This document shows, piece by piece, positions 50,069 through 62,200 of a stretch of 64,000 bases of DNA (position 1 is its first letter; the number at the start of each line of letters is the position of its first letter). Source of the DNA: Podarcis pityusensis (taxonomy: Eukaryota); assembly GCA_964106645.2 (NCBI GenBank), contig OZ067046.1, one strand, 5' to 3'. Position numbers and translations under genes: made by a program. The notes under the pieces are model-generated. The model was given only the letters and a program-made list of their open reading frames with translations. It ran no database searches and was not told the origin of the DNA.

Positions 50069-51766
50069 TATCAGAGGTAGCAGGAAATCACTTCATAACA
50101 GCCACCTCCCAGCATCCGCCATTTTCTCTCCCAGTATGTGCTGGAACAAGACTACGTCATAATGTAATATTGCTTTGAGGGGCATTATGGAAAAGAAAAT
50201 AGTAGCCCCCACTGACAACACAGTCATTACGGTATACTTTTATGAAAGTTGTGGTGGAATTAGATGCAAGAAAGATGGATCTATAAAGTAGCTGATTGCA
50301 TGCTACAAATTAGCTGATAATAATGCAAAGACTAATGACTGGACATGGTTATAAAGACTGTGTTCCAAGGACCAGATTGTACTATTCCATGTTAAACCAA
50401 CAGCACAGTTGGTTTAGATAATAAAGACAGTTTGGGAAGCCACGGCACCTCGAAGCAACACAAACATTCCTTATAGGTCCCTGTTATTCAGCCAAATGTG
50501 TCAATACCCATCTTTACACAGATGATACCACCCTTTGCATTTCATAACAACAAACTCTAAAGGCCAAATTCCTCAGCTGCAGACATGCAGCTTCCTTGAC
50601 CCAGAAAACTAGGCTAAAGATGCTGCTGACAAGAATTCCTTTAAAAAATATGCACACAGCCCCATTAAAGCCTCTGTGCGTATTGCAAAGGAAGAGCCAG
50701 TATAACATATGGGTAATTCTGCAATGCTATGCATGTCTACTCAGAATTAAGTCCCAAGTTCAATGAGACTGACTATAAGGAAAGTGTGTGTAAGATTGGA
50801 GTCCATGGCCACTTCTTAAGAGTAAACTTTGTTGAACTCAATTGGATTTATGTACAACTTACGCAGTGATGCAGTGGGAAATTACGAAGTGCATGAGCTC
50901 ATTATGACAGCATCCATAGCCCTGCCTGCAATGCTAATTCACAGCTACACTCTTAGGGAGAGAAGGAAAGTCCATAGTCACATCCTCCAGTCCAAAATGC
51001 AGGGAGCTGGGTTTAGCTGTGATAGACAGACAGAGCATCCACACCCCGCCACAAACACACCAAAGGACAGCAGTATATATAATATCAAATTTGTTAAGAT
51101 CAGCTGATAGTTACAGAACAGACAGCTGGTAAACATTCTGGTGCAGGGTAGCAAATACAGCACCTTCCAGATATGGCAAAAGTATGGTCCCATTATGTTC
51201 TCATTATCATGGACCACTGACCATGCTAACTGGGGTTGATGTAAGTTGTCATCTGACACTGCCTGAAGGGCGTCACCATGGCTATCCCTGGTAACAGCTA
51301 GCATGACTGAAATCTTGTGCACTGTTTACCGGGAGTAAGCCGCATTGAACTCAGTGGTTGTTAATTCTGACACTATAGGCTGAACTTATAAAACATATGG
51401 AACTTTAACAAAAGATATCCAGGCAGCAGAAACCCAACCTTTAGCTTTTAATTCGGCTGTGCATGTACTAAACATTCAAAACAGATTTGAAGCACTGGCA
51501 AAGCACATTCTTTCTGTTAAAGAATTCTGGGCAGTGTATAGTTGAGGGCTGCTGAGAACTTTAGTTCTGGGTACAAGGCCCAGAATTCTTGGTGGGCAAA
51601 AATGTGGTTCTCAGATGTGCTTTAAAAGTTCTCAGATAAACTATAGAAAAAGGATTTTAGGGGGATTTCTCCCTTCAAAAAATTCCTAGAGCAATAGCAG
51701 AATGTGAGCATTCCCAACTGAGGTTTAGCACTATGGTGCCAATATAATAAGAATTAGGCCAGTGAG

Positions 51767-51855
51767 GCTGCAATCCTATACACACTTATGTAGGAGCAAG
51801 TCCCATTGAACTTAGTGGGGCTTACATATGAGCAGAGATGCAGAAGATTGTGCAG
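51767..51855. repeat. ~85-bp palindromic MITE-like repeat (many copies)
   Basis: GCAATCCTATACACACTTA..GGAG.AAGTCCCATTGAA.TTAGTGGGGCTTAC...GATTG. Relatives lie at ~22790-22870, 27985-28065, 28120-28195, 33812-33897, 37308-37397, 50718-50800, 51305-51380 and 58053-58135. Confidence 0.7.
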
Positions 51856-52216
51856 TTAAGGAGCAAAATACAATATGAATGCTAGGACAAAAATGCCCAA
51901 TAATATATCCCTAACACTTGCCCTAATTTATGATAGAAAAAAGTAAAACTGAACTTACTTAACTCCAGTTATCTGGACTTCAATGTGCTCTAGTCTCTTC
52001 TATTACTTCTTTTCTACCTACCAATCAATAAAGTTTCATGCAGCTAGTCCTGTGGGTTGACATTTTAACAGCCAGATTGACAAGGCAGCCAATGTGTGCA
52101 AGGCTCAAAAGCTGCTGTGAGAAGTTGACACGATTTCACATAATGAGATTTAGTTTGGCTTTTTCCTTTTTAAAAAAATAGCTAGAAACTTCATAAAATG
52201 AACTGACAAGTCAGTT

Positions 52217-52412
52217 GGGAAAGGGCCATAGCCCATCAATTGAGCATATGCTCATATATGCATAAGACAGAGCAAAGACTTTGCATGCAGAAGGTCACAG
52301 GTTCAATCCCCAGCATCTCCAGGTAGAGGAGTAAAAGACATTGCAGACATAGACATTGCTAGAAAGTGCAGGCAGTGGTGACCCAGAACAACAATCTGAC
52401 TAGGGATGCTTC
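52217..52412 (+). mobile_element. tRNA(Ala)-derived SINE, degenerate
   Basis: GGGCCATAGC...CTTTGCATGCAGAAGGTCACAGGTTCAATCCCCAGCATCTCCAGGTAG. Confidence 0.75.
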
Positions 52413-52958
52413 CAAAATTAGACCTCTGTGAATACCTGTAAGAACTGACTTGAACCACACGTTCCAAAATAATGTGTAGTTATCCTTCAGATTTCGCATT
52501 TCTCTGAATTTTGTGATATAGTACTTGACGCACTCGCCCTCTCTCTCTGCATTTTAAATGCACTTTTTGTGAGAAAATAAGTTCAAAAATACCTATATAA
52601 ATGTGCACTTAAATGTGAATTTTGGAAAAATTCTGAAAGTAAATAAATCACAGATTAATGTCAAAAATGAGATGGAGCTGACTTATGGGTAAGCACATGT
52701 AAGGTGAAACGGACTTGAAACCTATCAATCCCTTCATCTAGCGGTCACTAACCTTTTTGGTTCAATGGGCACATTTGCTCTGGTGCCACTCACAAAATGG
52801 CTGCCATAGGGCATGGCCCAACACAAAATGACTGCTGTGGGGATGTGATATAATGCAAAACAACTGACACATCTAGAAGCCCAAAAAAGAGACAGGACCA
52901 TTCTCACACAGAATAGCTCATCTTATCCATTCAGAAAGTATGGGAGGGTGGGTCTCCA

Positions 52959-53023
52959 GTTGCAGGGGGTTGGACTAGATGTCCCTCAGACCCCTTCCAA
53001 CTCTACAGTTCTATAATTCTATA
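52959..53023 (+). mobile_element. CR1 3' tail
   Basis: GCAGGGGGTTGGACTAGATG...CCCTTCCAACTCTACAGTTCTATAATTCTAT. Confidence 0.85.
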
Positions 53024-53435
53024 GTAACCAGTGAAATGTGGGTATGTGTAAGGGGGCGTGTTTAATGTAGGATTTTTAGGCTTCAAAATTTCAGTGGCAC
53101 CCCCCACCTCCCTGTTACTTGTCATTGCTGCACCCCCTGAAGCGCCCTCTCGGCTCAGTGTCAATTGCGGGCGAACTGGTCACACTCTCCTAAATCTGCC
53201 TCTGGATAGTACAAACATGAACCAAGCAGAAAGAGCAAGGAGTCTCATGTATTGTAGATTTTGGAGGGTCTATTTACTGAGACCTTTCTTGGGCACCATA
53301 GGAAGTATTGATAAACATACTAGTGTTGTGGGCTCCACATTGGCAACCTATCAGTACAAGGCAGTTTCATATCTTCAGAAACACTTAGATTAAAGAAAAC
53401 TCTGATTCATAGTTTTTCATTCTATTTTATCTCAT

Positions 53436-53456
53436 ACACACACACACACACACACA
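53436..53456. repeat. (CA)n microsatellite
   Basis: Direct reading. Confidence 0.9.
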
Positions 53457-53924
53457 AATCAGAGCTTTCAAAGCCCCACTTATAACTAATGGCTTTACAG
53501 AAAGCTCATCTTCCAAGCGCTTGGACTTTGATTTTGAATCCTATTTTATTTTATTTATTTTTAATCTTTAGCTCAACATTCTAAGTTCAATACGAAATGT
53601 TGATTGTCAAAGGAGTTGATTAAGGAACATGGGAGAGGTTTTCAACCTTGTCCAAAGCAAGTATTTCTCTGTGTAATCTCAAGGAGAGCATACGACCTTA
53701 GAGTGTCTCCTTGAATAAACAGCAGCGATAAGTAAAAGCAGATCTCCTGAACTGAAAGGCTGATAACTGCGCAGATAGATGCGACTTTAGAAGGATATAC
53801 ACAGATGTGTGTTCTAATTTTTAAAAGGATTAGTATGTTCTAACAATAAAAATGCCCAATAAAAATTATGCAATGATATGTGCCAGAAGTGTACATCTGG
53901 GTAAAAAATAATATCATCACATAT

Positions 53925-54205
53925 GAGAGTTTGACCTTTGTCGAAAATTTTGGCAGCACAATACATCATTTTCAGTTTAGGCCATGAATAGAACAATTGT
54001 GTAATTAGTGCCAGTTGCCCATGGCATTCGGATTAGTCGAAGGAGTACACGAGGGTTTCATGAATAATATTATGTAAGATGTACTATATCTCATAAAAAC
54101 ATTGCAGTTTCCATTGTACCCTCTATTGTTATCATAATCGAGTTTAAACCTCATACGGTTATACTGGTGAATAGGATCAAGGGGTCATTTAGTCAAGGTC
54201 ACAAA
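53925..54205. promoter_or_regulatory. Nuclear-receptor/SOX motif cluster (candidate enhancer)
   Basis: TGACCTTTG (53932), GGGTCA-N8-AGGTCA with TCAAGGTCA (54182-54201), AACAAT/CATTGT/TATTGT, and retained CpGs. Confidence 0.35.
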
Positions 54206-54234
54206 GACAGGATATCCTGGACATGTTTAACCAA

Positions 54235-54510
54235 TATTAATGCATTCATTCATCAAAATTTATGTAGTGCTTGATTGTATGAAAACGTTTAAGCAGTTTA
54301 CAAAATTATAAAACATTAGAATTTTGGATAAGTTTAAAAATAAGTATTTACAAACCTTTGAAACAGTAGCGAAACAGTCATAAAACACATGTAACTTTTT
54401 CATGAATGGATAGGCTTGCCTAAACAAAAATGTTTTTAGCAGCAAGAATACAACAAGAGCACCTGCGTGATGTCAACAGGCAGGGCATTCTAGAGTGTAC
54501 ATGCTGACAC
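54235..54510 (-). mobile_element. L2 3' end
   Basis: CATTCATTCAT tail; the minus frame reads LLKTFLFRQAY. Confidence 0.7.
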
Positions 54511-54639
54511 ACTAAAATATCATTTAGATACAAGTGTGAAATAGGCATTGTGTGATACCTCTAACACTGCCAGTTCCACAGTTTGAAGCAGTTGAGTGGG
54601 CATAAAATGTTTCACAGAGGTTGGATCATTTGGAAAGCC

Positions 54640-55120
54640 AAACCAGCAGCAGCTAAAAGAGACCAGCCAACTCCTTGTCCGTGCTATTCCACCAACTATC
54701 ATGCCCTTTCTTGGAGTGATGCACACTATCATCCCATGACAGCTTGTATTGCTCATGCCCACTTTTTTCGCAACTACCATAAACGCCTTGTGCATCTTGT
54801 TGACCTTTCATCTTGCCTAGTCCATATTCATGGTCTCCACCATGAAGTACTTTAGACTTCACAGCTAACTGGAATGAAGCTTCAATGCATGTACTGTAGC
54901 TGAGTTTGCTCACATTTAGCCTTATTCCTCTTGGCTTTCTCATTTTCCCCAATCTCTGTTTGTTACCTTTGACTTTCTCCTGCATTCCCCACTGGTTTCC
55001 CTTCATTTGAATTGTAGGCCCTTTGTAGAAAGATTGTGGTTTTCTCCTTTCCCTTGTTTTTGTTTTTGTTGGTTCTTGTTTTGTTATTTTATTCTGTAAA
55101 ACCCCATATAGCTATCCAAT
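54640..55120 (+). mobile_element. Very old L2 fragment
   Basis: ACCAGCCAACTCCTTGTCCGTGCT (T..LLVRA) and a 3' motif GAATTGTAGGCCCTTTG resembling the L2 TAGATTGTAAGCTCCTTG end. Confidence 0.45.
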
Positions 55121-55463
55121 GTGTAACCAAATCCATCAGGCACATCCATCAGTTGTCATCTACAACAGCCATTCCATAAAACTGTGAAAGAGAAGGAATT
55201 ACAGGGCTTCTCCAGCAGCTCTGCTGAATGACCAGTGACTTTTGGCTCCTCTCCAAATGTTTCAATTCCTATTGTTTACTTCCATAGCTAAGAATCAGGG
55301 CCTGATCCTTTCCCCATACTCTCTCTCAGTCTTTTTTGTTTTCGTGTTGTATCTCTTAGACTGTGATCCTGAGGGAAGAGTCCAACTTCTCATTCATATT
55401 TGTAAACCACTCTGGGAGACTCTTTCAAATTCAAACAAAGAGTTTAAGAGATGTTTCAGTTGT

Positions 55464-55563
55464 AACATTGCCAACCTGTGAACAGTGGGAGGGCATAGCT
55501 TCTGATTAAAATGAACATTGCCAACCTGTGAACAGTGGGAGGGCATAGCTTCTGATTAAAATG
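55464..55563. repeat. Perfect 50-bp tandem duplication
   Basis: AACATTGCCAACCTGTGAACAGTGGGAGGGCATAGCTTCTGATTAAAATG occurs at 55464-55513 and 55514-55563. Confidence 0.97.
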
Positions 55564-57371
55564 GAGAAGGGGAAGAACTCATCATTTGTGCCACTCAAAT
55601 GATTCAAATGTCCTTCAGTCCATATAAATGTTTTAATTTCTCCAATTTTCAATCTGGGATTATACCAGAGTATGCTTCTCGTGTGTGTAGGGGTTATTCC
55701 CTAATTTTTGTATCAACCAGTTCCATGTTTAACAAGTAGCTGCCACAGTCCATAGATTGACAGCACTGTACCTTTCAAGTGCTTAGACACCAATACTTTC
55801 CATGCATATAGTGGGAGAGTCTATAGAAGTGTAGCCTCAAAGCTAGTATCTTAAGAAGAATTATCAAACCTATGAACCCATTCTTAACTTTTTATGGTTG
55901 TCTTCAACCGCTGAAACAAGGAAAGTATATGTCCTTTGAGGTTGACCAATGTTTGCTATGTGTAGATGGGGTCTGATTCACCTACTTCAAAATATGATAT
56001 ATTTCTTAAATCAAGACAAGATTTTATATGAGTGTTGCTTGAGCTGCAAGTCTGAAACTACGGTCTGAGCTGTAATTGTGCTATGAATGGCAGGACTAAA
56101 TGGAAACCTTTCTCTTCTTTAATTTGCACATATGACTCATTTGAAAAATGTTTTGGAGCATTTTTTTCTAAATGGGCATATCTAGTAGATTATATGTACT
56201 GCGTCTGCATCTTCATATGCATTATGTGGGATAATACTATCCCAAGTTAAGGGGAGGGGAAGAGAAAAGAAATAACAGCTATAGCCTTTTTTACATTCAC
56301 AGCATTTCCCAAACAGTGATTAATTAAGCTATTTATAACACAGAGTCTTGTATGTCCCATAAGAAACACTATTATATTCTACTAACAAAGATCCAGAACA
56401 AAAGAATGAGAGGAGAAGTAGAAAAAAATCAATGCATTTTGGGTACATAATGAGAAATAATTCTAGGGAGAATTTGTGGACTATAATGGATTTTGTTGCC
56501 AATTAAAGGCAAGCTGGAAAATGTACTAAATACTTCTGGGTTATTAACTTTAATAATTTACCTCTGCAAAAGTCTGGGAGAGCTGTTCAGCTTTGCAAAG
56601 GCTTATCTTTCTTTAGAAAAATCATCATTTGAAATGGATGGTGCTGCAATCACTTGAGGGCAAAAGCCTCGTCTTCAGAGACACACCCCTAGTCTGTAAG
56701 CAATTCAGCTATCTTTTAAAATTGCCAGGAAAAGAAGCGCATGGTATGGAACAGATGATCCAAATCAGGTTTTGTCCTTCTACGATATCTTTCTCATTAG
56801 CGTTATTTTCCTCTCTTTCTTCTTCTTCCACCTTGCTTGCCCCATCACATAAAGAATCCTTTCAAAAACTCATTCTGTATTAGAATTAGTCTAATTTCCT
56901 ATCAAGAAATGTGCAGTGGGCACAATGTGTGTCCAGTGGAAGAAAACTAGTGGTTCTTGGGCTATTGAAAGCATGTCTATGAATGGAGTATAGTGAAAAC
57001 CCAACCAGACATATTTCAGTGTTCTTCCCCCTTTAAGAGACAGTTTTTTGAACCAGTAATGTGTTGAAACTCCAGCATACACTTCAAATTCCTGCAACTG
57101 TTTTAGTGTTCATTTCAAATGGATCGAATCTACGTGCACAGAGAGATGTGGCCTCTCTACTTAAATGAACAAGGAAATTCACCATCCACACAATATGAGA
57201 AGCATTCACTTCTGAGCATCTTTTACTTAAATTTCACATGCTTCTCCTAATCATGAGTTCTGTAAATTTGCTTTTATAAAATGAAAATTAGGCCTGGAAG
57301 AAGCTATAGAGCTGAGACTGTCTGGCCCCCTTAGAAGGCTGCTTTAAAGTTTGGATTTTCCCCTATGGTTC

Positions 57372-57623
57372 CAGGGGTCAGCAAACTTTTTCAGCAGGGG
57401 CCCGGTCCACTGTCCCTCAGACCTTGTGGGGGGCCAGAGTATATTTTGAAAAAAAATATATGAACGAATTCCTGTGCCCCACAAATAACCCAGAGATGCA
57501 TTTTAAATAAAAGGACACATTCTACTCATGTAAAAACATGCTGATTCCCGGACCGTCCACAGGCCGGATTTAGAAGGCGATTGGGCTGGATCCGGCCCCC
57601 GGGCCTTATTTTGCCTACCCATG
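57372..57623 (+). mobile_element. hAT/Charlie non-autonomous element (OposCharlie1/OC1-like)
   Basis: CAGGGGTCAGCAAACTTTTT...CACTGTCCCTCAGACC...TATGAACGAATTCCTGTGC, with right end TTTGCCTACCCATG. The resemblance to OC1 non-autonomous elements is recalled, not searched. Confidence 0.75.
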
Positions 57624-57629
57624 CTATAG

Positions 57630-57769
57630 CAGTGTCTCCCAAACTTAAGTCTCCAGCTGTTTTTCTAGACTACAATTCCCATCACCCCTAGCTAGCAGAA
57701 TGATGATGATCAGGGATGATGAGAACTGTAGTTCAAAAACAGCTGGAGACACAAGTTTTGGAAACACTG
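57630..57769. mobile_element. Palindromic hAT MITE (140 bp)
   Basis: CAGTGTCTCCCAAACTT.AGTCTCCAGCTGTTTT / AAAACAGCTGGAGAC.CAAGTTTTGGAAACACTG, with TSD TGCTATAG / CTCTATAG. Older relatives (GGACTACAACTCCC core) lie near 9020-9130, 23550-23665, 26255-26350, 43558-43660, 51160-51290, 59265-59380 and 63138-63250. Confidence 0.85.
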
Positions 57770-58768
57770 CTCTATAGTGTTGAAATACAGCTGTCTGCCA
57801 AGGACCTTTATTAGGGCAGGGCATATGAAAAAATAAATAAATCCAGATTAAGACTAGCTGAGACTAAGACTTTCTTCTTGGAAGACATGGATAGGACTGT
57901 GTTGTTAACTCTAGGATCATCCTCTCCCAGCTAATCTGCATAAACTTTCCAGTAGGACCAAGGCATCTAAGTGAACATGTTGGGAGGGGGGAGCTTCATA
58001 GCAAAGACTGATGGTGTCATCTTTGAATTCTGGCTGCAGCAGGATTTACACCACAATCCTATTTACATTTATGCATACGTAAATCCCTCTGTGTTGACTG
58101 TGGCTTCCTCCCTTGAGTGTTTGGGTTTTAGCCTCAGAGCTACCATTTAACCAGTGCTCTGACCACTGAAAACAATGACAAGGCAATCAGATCCCTTTCT
58201 TCAGTAAAGGATCAGCTCAGAATGGGCATTTATCTTCCCGTCCTTCACATGCTATCCTGATCGCAGTTCCGTCCTTTGAGAACTTTTGAAGCAGCCATTG
58301 CTCATATGCTCATCATGTGATGGTTGTTTTGGTGGGTTGGGGTAGACACAGCTATCTTGTGATTTCTAAAAGCTTCTATGAGGTTTTTAAAAAGTGGCCT
58401 GAGTATTAAGCATATCATAGACATACGAGCTGATCTAGGAAGAGATGCTATTAGTCAAGCCTGCCAAGACCAGGAAATGTGCGGTGCTGGTGCCAATATG
58501 GTAAATATCCTTTGCTTCATTCTCGTCACATCACTCCTCATTCTGACTCAGTCTCTTATGATCCTCAGTGCAATGGCAAAGGTACCTAGTAAATAGTAAG
58601 AGTGGAAAGAATTGTTTTATTGGAAAAAGTGACCATTTTAAGTTTTAGAATGACAAGTTTCAAGATTTGTATTTATTTGTATTTATTTATTTATTCTCAC
58701 ATTTTTATACCTCAGTTTTTATTATCTTCTTAACAACAAAATATATAAAATAAAACGCAGAGAAATAA

Positions 58769-58771
<3 letters not shown>

Positions 58772-58831
<60 letters not shown>
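58772..58831. repeat. Compound (TC)n(CA)n microsatellite
   Basis: Direct reading. Confidence 0.95.
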
Positions 58832-59013
58832 AAGCACTGCACAGGAGTGGGACCAGGAGGAGGGACCCCTCCATAAATCTTAGCTGCCAGCCTGGCACAT
58901 AGCAGGAGAAGTGCTCCAACAGGTATTTGAGTACCAAAAACATGCACGATCATTTCTGTTAAAAACAAAACAAAACCGGACAATGTTTCCTCAGAACTTC
59001 TGTTAATATTATA

Positions 59014-59255
59014 CAGTGGCACCTCGGGTTACATACGCTTCAGGTTACATATGCTTCAGGTTACAGATTCCGCTAACCCAGAAATAGTACCTCGGGTTAA
59101 GAACTTTGCTTCAGGATGAGAACAGAAATCGTGTTCTGGTGGTGTGGCAGCAGCAGGAGGCCCCATTAGCTTAAGTGGTGCTTCAGGTTAAGAACAGTTC
59201 CAGGTTAAGAACAGACCACCAGAACGAATTAAGTACTTAACCCGAGGTACCACTG
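59014..59255 (-). mobile_element. Tigger/pogo-type MITE, same family, reverse orientation
   Basis: Same TIRs, TA TSD, and body reverse-complementary to 7238-7476. Confidence 0.93.
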
Positions 59256-62200
59256 TACTAACATGGTGTCTTCCAAAGGCTGTGTACAACATCAATCACC
59301 CTCAGCCAGCATGGCTAATATCCAGGAATTATGGGAGTTGTAGTCCAAAACATTTGGAGGGCAATTCTTTGCTACCCATGATATACTATAGCATACCTAT
59401 TCATTAAAAAACTGAATTTTTAAAAGCTAACTTTAAAACTCCAGCAAATAAACACCCAAGCAAGGGAGGAAGCCAATTAACATCAGCAAAGACTAGATGA
59501 ATAAAAAGTGTAGTGGATTTCATCATAAGAAGCAATAATATCCATTGTGCATTTGGGATGTGGAACGAAAGTTTGAAAGTCAAATGCCCAGTAGCAGACA
59601 GCACTCACCTAACTTCTGGTTGGCCATGTCCCTGCTGCTTATTGGGAGGGTTGGGGGCAAGGGGGCAGCAACGTTGGTGCACCAACCTCACCATTGCCTC
59701 GCCCCCTGCCTCAATCTCCTGGTAAGCAGTAATAACACTACCCACTGGAGGTCAGGCGAGCCCTGTCACCCCACCTCACCATCCACTACCATAAATGTCA
59801 TCCCTCACCTCTCTGTTCTAAAGGGGAAATTGTAAATGCAAAAACCCCCCTCTGTTATGTATAAGCACCACACATGCAAACAGAAATATGCATTCAGCAT
59901 AATGTGTACTTTGGTCCAAAGAGACACCTCTGAAGAACAGAGAATGTGAGGAGGGTCTTATCCCCACCCCCCACCCCGTTTCCCAAGTATTTGCAGAGAT
60001 GCAAGCCCAGGCAATGAAGGCGCATAGTTGTTCTCCTTCATGACATATTATGAACCATAGAGGAGTATCCTGGTTCTCTGGATGGCTAAGCTATATAAAT
60101 AGGTTGAGATATTTTCCGGCTAGGAATGGAGCCATTTCGCCTTTGTTTTTGTGAAACATTTGTTTTTGCCTTCCTTGCAGCTTTATGTCCAGATTTCTTG
60201 AGGAAGGTTTATACGAACTTTTATCTACTTTACAGCTGTTGAGAGCTCAGAATGTTTGCTGGGGGTGGCAACCCTACCAATATATTCTGACCAGCAATGC
60301 ATTTTAACCAATCCCAATATATGAGCAATGGTGCATGCAATCCACTCAGTAGAAAATTCCTTAAAATTACACCACAAGGAAAGGGAGCTCCAGTGAGATT
60401 AGATCTGCTTTCTAACTTGCCATAAATAATGTGTTATCCTGGCTTGTCTATATAACCCTAAATTTGAACAACTGGATTTATTAACAAAATCATAACATGT
60501 TGTTTCAATGAATAATGTAGAAGAGTAAATCGAGCTCTAAACTGAATTGGCCCTTGAAAGTAATTAGGGATAAAGACAAGTACAATTTTTTTTATCACCA
60601 AAATCAGAAGAAATAACTTCGCATGCAGAGATCAAAGATTAAGAGGATGCCATTCTCCTCGTTAGTCTGAACAACAAAGTTAAGGTACTAAATATTCCTG
60701 CATGACACTAATGTAAAAGCATATCTCCCAGCTCTTCAGCTCTTCTCTGTGCTGTCTTGACATTTCTTGGAGTGAATATAATCTCCTTCACTTCATTTCA
60801 AAGTAACAGACAGAATTTAAAAGCAACTGTTTCTCCCATCTATTTTGACAATTCATTTCCCATATATGTAATGTGATACTATAAGGTGCTCTTGTGTTTA
60901 ATGTATGTTACACTTAATATACCTGGTTGTATCATTGTTTAATGAAATGCACGCCGTAGTTATCGAATTGCATAAATATATTTTAAAAAATTAATATTCA
61001 GGAAACATTCAGCATTTCTATCCTAACAGTTTTGATCTCCGTCCAAGAGATTGCTGAAGGGTGACTACTATTAAGAAATAACAAACCAGATACTGCACCT
61101 CTTTCCCCAAAAGAGCTTCACTTATCGAATTATAGTATGGAAAGTATGTCCAGCCTAATGGAATGTAGATTTCTTGGCACAAGCTGGAATGGGCATGGGC
61201 AAAGCAATCTCCATTAATAAGCAACTAGTAGGTGCATCAGGAACCATGGGAACTACCCTTGCCATGGCGCCTCATGTTTCAGATGCTGCCATGGCATCCT
61301 CCTGCAGCACCCAGTGTGATCTCTAAAATTGCCAGCTATTTTTAAGTCTTTCAGCCCGTTTCCTCTCCTGCAGTTCTTCAGTTCCAGCTCTTCAAGTTTC
61401 TGACTCAACAGCTTCTGACTAACTACCCTGTTTTCCAGCTTGTTTTATGCAGTGTTTTCACTCCCCTTCCCAACCCTTTAGTCAGGAAGAAAGGAAAGCC
61501 TGGTTCAGTTTCTATTTAACCTTAATTTCAAGGATCCTAGAATGAACCTTCAACCCCCCTGTGCGTAACATCCTCTTGAACCACATTTTTTAACCTGTAA
61601 CCTTCCTGTGAGCAACTTCCTAATCAAAACATCCCCTTGTACTTTTAACCTTCCTTTAAACTGTTGATCATCCGATGCATCAGAGCCTTTAAATTAAAAA
61701 GGTTTATAACCAAAAACCTAACACAAAATGTCTGAAAGTCTTGTTCCTTCACAGACTAAGCTTTGAATGGTTTTGGGCCCTATTCATAATGCACATGGAA
61801 GGCCTAAAGTTTGTTTTAATTAGAAGCTTCTCTTCCTTCACTGGAATGAGTATGATAAATAAATGTTACAAAGCTACTCCATATTAGTGAAAATTCCTTT
61901 ATTGAAGATTAGGAAACTGATATAAATCAATCAATAATTTTATTTGTATGCAACCTTTACAAAGTAAAAACTATGCTCGAGGCAGCTTGCAACATATAAA
62001 AAAATACATTAAAAAGTAGTCATAAAAAACAGAACAACAAAACATCAAAAGTACACAACCAAACGGAACAATTTCCACACAAATAGTAAAATCCAAAATA
62101 AAGATACAAAAAAATTAACCTCAAGAAGAGCAACAACACTACCGCCACCCTAAACAATACCCCAGCTCAAGATTCTGTTCAGCAGGCTCAACATTTATAG

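Noticed and set aside
59850-60280. Possible solo LTR (TG start, TATA box, CA end)
   Set aside because: I could not define a TSD, terminal inverted repeat or poly(A) signal.
61260-61720. Strand-biased block resembling a gag/ORF1 coiled-coil relic on the minus strand
   Set aside because: No zinc knuckle, PBS, LTR pair or long frame supports it.
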